Part shown: positions 61,901-64,000 of the stretch, in pieces
Layout of the letters: every line of letters starts with the position of its first letter
How positions within the stretch are numbered: the stretch's first letter is position 1
Made by a program: the position numbers and the translations under genes
The notes under the pieces: model-generated
The model's input: only the letters and a program-made list of their open reading frames with translations
What the model was told of the DNA's origin: nothing
The model's database searches: none
Origin: Octopus bimaculoides
Taxonomy: Eukaryota
Length of the DNA: 64,000 nt
NCBI RefSeq assembly: GCF_001194135.2
Contig: NC_068993.1
Location: 52,501,861 to 52,565,860 of the forward strand
Reading direction: 5' to 3'

Positions 61901-63052
61901 ATCTTTCTATGTCTGAGTGTACATGAACATGTTAAATGTGGCTGTACATGACTATATTTTATTCAACACTGCTGGTGCACCTCTAATTAATTAATCAATA
62001 TTTTAGTAGGCAATTAAATTATTAAAATTTTGATTATTGGGTATATGTGTAGGTGAGACTGGTATTAAATACAATATTGTATTAACATTTTCATCATTCA
62101 AGATCTTCATAACATAAGCAATAGTCAAAATCACAGGAAGCATCTCAACTATTACTGTCAAGGCCATGCTAGAGCACTGCCTTTGGAACATTTTCTCCAT
62201 TCAAATATAATAACTATTAGTTACTAAAGTAGGTCTGAAACAGTTGAGCGTGTGAAGTATATATGTGTTTAATAGTATCATTGAATGCTGCTGCCGACAG
62301 CGACAGATTTTTCCTGTATTTTTAGATTTTGCCATATTTATCATTCTATTATTATTTGTTTTTAGATTCATATTAATGGTCAAGAAAGGCTATCGCAACC
62401 CTCCTTATCACAACTGGATTCATGCGTTCTCAGTGGCTCATTATGCTTACGTCATGGTAAAAAATGCACGGTTACATGAATATTTGGAGTAAGTTGAAGC
62501 TTTTATTCTGTTGTTGCTGCTCTTATTGTTATTCATGTCACTTTTCATTGAGCAGTTGTATGGTTGGTTTCATACTATTGCAGTCTTCTCACAAGATGTT
62601 TTATTATACTGTACTTTACAGTAAGTGGAGCATCATTAAATGTAAAATATATAGTATAGTCTATTTGTATAAATGACAGTATGTCTCCTCTCCGTTTGTC
62701 CATCCCTCTGATATGTAAATCAAAGGCAGTTAGCTGCTATGATATTTTCATTGTCTCAGCAATTGTTAAACACCAGCAGATTGTTTATTCAGTTAAATAC
62801 TGAGTAGACATTCTGTGTGTATGTGTGTACATGCATAGATATGAATGTGTGTGTGTGTATACAATTTATACATTTGTATACAAGCAGTTAAACAGCGGAG
62901 AAATGTTTATTGAGTAGAAAATATTGCAATTAATTTTTCTGTTCTAATTATATTTTTCTTTCAGTGAATTGGAAATATTTGCTCTTTTTGTATCCTGTTT
63001 ATGCCATGACATTGACCACAGGGGAACCAACAACTCCTTCCAAGTAGCTTCA
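9146..63052 (+). CDS. PDE2A: PDE2A-like cGMP-dependent 3',5'-cyclic phosphodiesterase, partial (15 exon positions, one duplicated; 426 aa per isoform in window)
   Basis: All exons have AG/GT boundaries with compatible phases and join into one stop-free frame. The translation follows vertebrate PDE2A as recalled from memory ([74 protein letters not shown]). The gene extends beyond both window ends. Confidence 0.93.
9395..9715 (+). mobile_element. Decayed CR1/L2-group LINE ORF2 C-terminal fragment
   Basis: Frames read [17 protein letters not shown] and LWNSLPAS...[10 protein letters not shown], the typical LWNSLP C-terminus of CR1/Jockey-group ORF2. Frameshifted. Confidence 0.65.
10038..10458 (-). 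mobile_element. SINE family B copy with internal (CA)n expansion (10218-10292)
   Basis: Shared head, core and tail; the microsatellite sits at the family's internal TG tract. Confidence 0.8.
12151..12212. repeat. 27-bp near-perfect hairpin with 8-nt loop
   Basis: ttccagccattatacaccatgttagaa-gacgcttg-ttctaatatggtgtataatggctggaa; the only non-Watson-Crick pair is a G.U wobble on the + strand. Confidence 0.95.
13985..14219 (+). mobile_element. tRNA-derived SINE (family C), full length with 15-bp TSD
   Basis: TSD agaattagtgtggtt at 13970-13984 and 14220-14234; B-box gagttcaaattc; central block ctttgcctttc..gggtcgataaattaagtaccag. Confidence 0.9.
14241..14480 (-). mobile_element. SINE family C, inverted, tail-to-tail with the previous copy
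   Basis: Reverse complement of 13985-14219 over nearly its whole length. Confidence 0.9.
14885..15275 (+). mobile_element. SINE family B, near full length
   Basis: A-box-like tggttgtgtggtaag, B-box gttcaatccc, core ttggacaagtgtcttctact, then tail. Confidence 0.82.
16177..16388 (+). mobile_element. SINE family C nested in an RTE-type tail element
   Basis: 14-bp TSD ggatgcccttccta at 16163-16176 and 16389-16402 duplicates host-element sequence. Confidence 0.9.
16732..16862 (+). CDS. PDE2A: PDE2A exon (GAF-A): [43 protein letters not shown]
   Basis: Long polypyrimidine tract plus tag, gtgagt donor, 131 nt, phase 0-2. Contains LCVPVIS and the NK of the NKxnD motif. Confidence 0.93.
17341..17637 (-). 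mobile_element. RTE-type LINE/SINE 3' end with (GAT)n tail (family D)
   Basis: (CAT)n followed by cgtttaacg.ccgc.ttccatgctagcatgggttgg. The same block recurs at about 14481, 16033, 23510, 41209, 42560, 44578, 46726, 47800 and 53615. Confidence 0.75.
18544..18655 (+). CDS. PDE2A: PDE2A exon (GAF-A end and inter-GAF helix): (R)[37 protein letters not shown]
   Basis: ttcag/gtaag, 112 nt, phase 2-0. Matches the vertebrate segment [23 protein letters not shown]. Confidence 0.95.
20108..20147 (+). CDS. PDE2A: PDE2A exon: [13 protein letters not shown]
   Basis: catcag/gtaagt, 40 nt, phase 0-1. Near-identical to vertebrate ALLQVAKNLFTHL. Confidence 0.95.
21656..21979 (+). mobile_element. Full-length tRNA-derived SINE with V-domain-like block, A-rich tail and 10-bp TSD
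   Basis: A-box tggcccagtgg at 21666, B-box gtttcgattcc at 21710, gctgcgacggactggcgtcccgtccag at 21856-21882, TSD taattccagt at 21646-21655 and 21980-21989. Confidence 0.88.
22783..22846 (+). CDS. PDE2A: PDE2A exon (GAF-B start): [21 protein letters not shown](R)
   Basis: ttttccag/gtgagg, 64 nt, phase 1-2. Confidence 0.95.
23856..24181 (-). mobile_element. tRNA-derived SINE (family A), full length with TSD
   Basis: Minus-strand A-box tggctcagtgg and B-box gagttcgattcc; TSD tatgagatta(t/g)taa at 23841-23855 and 24182-24196. Confidence 0.87.
24317..24398 (+). CDS. PDE2A: PDE2A exon (GAF-B): [27 protein letters not shown]
   Basis: ttacag/gtgaga, 82 nt, phase 2-0. Also visible inside ORF-track entry 24270-24524. 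Confidence 0.95.
24690..25030 (+). mobile_element. SINE family B copy
   Basis: Core and tail shared with 14885-15275. Confidence 0.78.
25566..25626 (+). CDS. PDE2A: PDE2A exon (GAF-B): [20 protein letters not shown](G)
   Basis: ttctag/gtaaat, 61 nt, phase 0-1. Contains the GIAGHVA GAF motif. Confidence 0.95.
26337..26671 (+). mobile_element. SINE family A copy
   Basis: Same head, core (cttgagcaagacactttatttcac) and tail as 23856-24181, in opposite orientation. Confidence 0.85.
27060..27376 (+). mobile_element. hAT (Tip100-like) transposon 3' remnant
   Basis: Reads [10 protein letters not shown]-like, a hAT transposase C-terminal motif also seen at ~18320 as [11 protein letters not shown]; ends in the TIR-like ttaatccacccctg. 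Confidence 0.5.
27980..28061 (+). CDS. PDE2A: PDE2A exon (GAF-B): [26 protein letters not shown](R)
   Basis: caacag/gtaagt, 82 nt, phase 1-2. Contains the DAY.HP.F...D..TGF.T GAF motif. Confidence 0.95.
29064..29214. mobile_element. Short hAT MITE
   Basis: TIRs tcgtggttctcaacc / gttgcgaaccactg; 8-bp TSD ctctagat/ctctatat. Confidence 0.72.
30172..30206 (+). CDS. PDE2A: PDE2A exon (GAF-B): [11 protein letters not shown](G)
   Basis: tttcag/gtaatt, 35 nt, phase 2-1. Confidence 0.93.
31549..31845. mobile_element. MITE-like element with ~100-bp terminal inverted repeats
   Basis: Arms ~31549-31648 and ~31746-31845 are reverse complements, e.g. ttgttactgttgtttagccccaggaaacatcgtttccag / ctggaaacgatgtttcctgggactaaacaacagtaacaa. 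Confidence 0.88.
32366..32481 (+). CDS. PDE2A: PDE2A exon (GAF-B end): [38 protein letters not shown]
   Basis: ctatag/gtgagt, 116 nt, phase 1-0. Contains the NK...FDE motif. Confidence 0.95.
32920..33240 (+). mobile_element. Decayed RTE-clade LINE 3' fragment
   Basis: Frames read AQDHPAWKS and [21 protein letters not shown], matching the RTE ORF2 C-terminal AQDR.AWR and CPTC.R.F...IGL.SH...H motifs. Confidence 0.65.
34647..35225. other. Assembly gap (others: 2888-3228, 13107-13461, 18936-19655, 39887-39896, 45409-45539, 49359-49731, 57361-57539, 58800-58826)
   Basis: Runs of N, mostly abutting (TA)n or (TG)n tracts. Confidence 0.99.
37001..37364 (+). mobile_element. Helentron/DINE-like non-autonomous element (HINE)
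   Basis: 5' ctccacctt-agc-aaggtggag inverted repeat, then a gttt microsatellite and a subterminal ggcagaggt...ctctgaatgctct end; embedded in (TTA)n on both sides. Confidence 0.65.
37410..37580 (-). mobile_element. R2/R4-type (RLE) non-LTR retrotransposon 3' end with (TAA)n tail
   Basis: The minus frame reads [23 protein letters not shown], the conserved LQK..L.GT..I.R.VL terminus, followed by a 3' UTR and TAA repeats. Confidence 0.65.
37650..38012 (-). mobile_element. R2/R4-type retrotransposon RLE-domain fragment
   Basis: ORF 37694-38098 reads FIEVA...[18 protein letters not shown]...VPIVVGALG...[11 protein letters not shown], a restriction-like endonuclease C-terminus; 5' truncated at a microsatellite. 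Confidence 0.8.
39398..39492. repeat. Minisatellite, three copies of cacatagacatgcatgatcac
   Basis: Direct tandem repeats with variable spacers. Confidence 0.85.
40413..40490 (+). CDS. PDE2A: PDE2A linker-helix exon, copy A: [26 protein letters not shown]
   Basis: cttttccag/gtaacc, 78 nt, phase 0-0. 16/26 identical to the recalled vertebrate sequence [26 protein letters not shown]. Confidence 0.92.
40536..40541 (+). promoter_or_regulatory. TGCATG (RBFOX-type splicing element) between the duplicated exons
   Basis: Exact hexamer 46 nt after the exon A donor and 54 nt before the exon B start. Function is inferred. Confidence 0.45.
40595..40672 (+). CDS. PDE2A: PDE2A linker-helix exon, copy B (putative mutually exclusive alternative): [26 protein letters not shown]
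   Basis: Long U-rich tract plus acag, gttggc donor, 78 nt, phase 0-0, no stop. 14/26 aa identical to copy A with no indels. Confidence 0.87.
40772..40985 (+). mobile_element. SINE family C, 100 nt downstream of exon B
   Basis: Family head and core; TSD-like ttatttat(c/a)tttta on both sides. Confidence 0.85.
41209..41369 (-). mobile_element. Young 5'-truncated family D element with TSD
   Basis: TSD gtgtatat at 41201-41208 and 41370-41377; only 4 differences from the 17341 copy over ~160 nt. Confidence 0.85.
45768..46435 (+). mobile_element. Decayed RTE-clade LINE ORF2 fragment (end of RT and downstream)
   Basis: Reads [24 protein letters not shown] and [15 protein letters not shown] with stops and frameshifts; interrupted by a CT tract. 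Confidence 0.78.
48110..48267. repeat. Minisatellite, about six 26-33 bp units with core ggaactttccaggaa
   Basis: Units begin at ~48110, 48138, 48164, 48192, 48225 and 48258. Confidence 0.9.
50512..50627. repeat. Compound (TAT)n/(CAT)n microsatellite
   Basis: Direct reading. Confidence 0.95.
50926..51135. repeat. Degenerate (GGT)n low-complexity tract
   Basis: Direct reading. Confidence 0.85.
52670..53000 (-). mobile_element. Decayed RTE-clade LINE reverse-transcriptase fragment
   Basis: The minus strand reads EMQFGF, YLAFV, KAFDRVP and [14 protein letters not shown], which are RT subdomain motifs, with stops. Confidence 0.8.
54759..55078. mobile_element. hAT MITE (same family as 6001-6349)
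   Basis: TIRs caggggttctcaacc / ggttgagaatcactg; internal homology to 6001-6349. Confidence 0.8.
59980..60200 (+). mobile_element. SINE family C, ending ~40 nt upstream of exon 60242
   Basis: Family core; ccaaaatttgaaac tail variant. Confidence 0.82.
60242..60361 (+). CDS. PDE2A: PDE2A exon (catalytic domain start): [40 protein letters not shown]
   Basis: gatag/gtaaga, 120 nt, phase 0-0. Aligns to vertebrate VSDDE...NFASFTYTPRSLPEDDT. Confidence 0.9.
61321..61391 (+). CDS. PDE2A: PDE2A exon (catalytic): [23 protein letters not shown](R)
   Basis: ttacag/gtaggt, 71 nt, phase 0-2. Confidence 0.9.
62366..62488 (+). CDS. PDE2A: PDE2A exon (catalytic, YHN motif): [40 protein letters not shown]
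   Basis: ttttag/gtaagt, 123 nt, phase 2-2. Contains the class I PDE metal-site motif YHNxxH. Confidence 0.97.
62965..63052 (+). CDS. PDE2A: PDE2A exon (catalytic, HD motif): (D)[29 protein letters not shown]
   Basis: tttcag/gtaagt, 88 nt, phase 2-0. Contains the HDxDHxGxxN class I PDE signature. Confidence 0.97.
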
Positions 63053-63154
63053 GTAAGTTGTTTACTGTTATTCATCACTGTTCATCACATATTCATAATG
63101 TTCACTACTTCACTGTTTGTAAATTTTGTTTACTGTCAATCAGTAAACATATTC

Positions 63155-63395
63155 TTATTTCTTTATTGCCCACAAAGAGCTAAACATAGAGGAGACAAAC
63201 AAGGACAGACAAAGGGATTAAGTCGATTGCATCGACCCCCCCTCCCCAGTGCGTAACTGGTACTTAATTTACCGACCCCAAAAGGATGAAAGGCAAAGTC
63301 GACCTCGGCGGGATTTGAACTCAGAACGTAGCGGCAGACGAAATACTGCTAAGCATTTCGCCCGGCGTGCTAACATTTCTGCCAGCTCGCTGCCT
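63155..63395 (-). mobile_element. SINE family C, full length with 11-bp TSD
   Basis: TSD taaacatattc at 63144-63154 and 63396-63406. Confidence 0.9.
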
Positions 63396-63576
63396 TAAAC
63401 ATATTCCATTAATGTTTACCTTCAGCAAGTGTGTTCTATGAATGAATGACAATGATCTGACCACCAAATCAAAGATTAGCAAAAAACATATACACACACA
63501 CACACGCACACATTGCTGTTGTTTGTAATTTAGTATGATGTTTTAGCCATTTCTGACATAGATCTACAATATAAGC

Positions 63577-63796
63577 TATTGGTTTCAAATTTTGGCACAA
63601 GGCCAGCAATTTTGGGGGAGGGGTAAGTCAATTACATCAACTCCAGTGTTCAGCAGATATTTATTTTATCAACCCTGAAAGGATGAAAGGCAAAGTCGAC
63701 CCTGGTAGCATGTGAACTCAGAACGTGAAGTCAAACGAAATGCTGTTGTTAAGCATTTTGCCCAGCACAGTAACGATTCTGCCAGCTTACTACCTT
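63577..63796 (-). mobile_element. SINE family C (same tail variant as 59980-60200)
   Basis: Reverse complement of 59980-60200, including the ggtttcaaattttggc tail. Confidence 0.85.
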
Positions 63797-64000
63797 GCAT
63801 CCTATGAGATGTTGACAGGGTTTACCTGGTCATAAATGTTGGGTTCTGATCAAGGGAACACAATCATAAATACAAGCAGCCAAAATGGGATTCCTCAGTA
63901 GGATTCCTGGAATAATGTTACTCGACATGTTGCATAGCACAGAAATCACAGTATCTCTCCAAGCCAAGCTGCTACTTCTCTGGCATTGAGCAATCACAGC

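Overview
AT-rich, microsatellite- and SINE-dense eukaryotic genomic DNA with nine N-gaps. The repeat families and composition point to a coleoid cephalopod, most likely Octopus; this is inference. The window lies inside one + strand gene, a PDE2A-type cGMP-stimulated phosphodiesterase. I resolved 16 coding exons between 9146 and 63052. With either linker exon they splice into an uninterrupted 1278-nt/426-aa frame covering the end of GAF-A, all of GAF-B, the GAF-B/catalytic linker and the first half of the catalytic domain (YHN..H and HDxDH motifs). Both gene ends lie outside the window, and no exon was resolved in 1-9145. The standout observation is that the 78-nt exon encoding the allosteric linker helix exists as two intact, anciently diverged tandem copies (40413-40490 and 40595-40672) 104 nt apart, the signature of a mutually exclusive exon pair. 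Candidate control elements surround them: a UGCAUG between the exons and hairpins over the splice signals. The introns hold tRNA-derived SINEs, RTE/CR1/R4-type LINE fragments, hAT MITEs, a Helentron-like element, several long inverted repeats (potential dsRNA/ADAR substrates), a pre-miRNA-sized hairpin and a kB/STAT-motif minisatellite. Coordinates were counted by hand, so repeat boundaries are approximate. Almost all ORF-track entries are microsatellite, gap or SINE artefacts.
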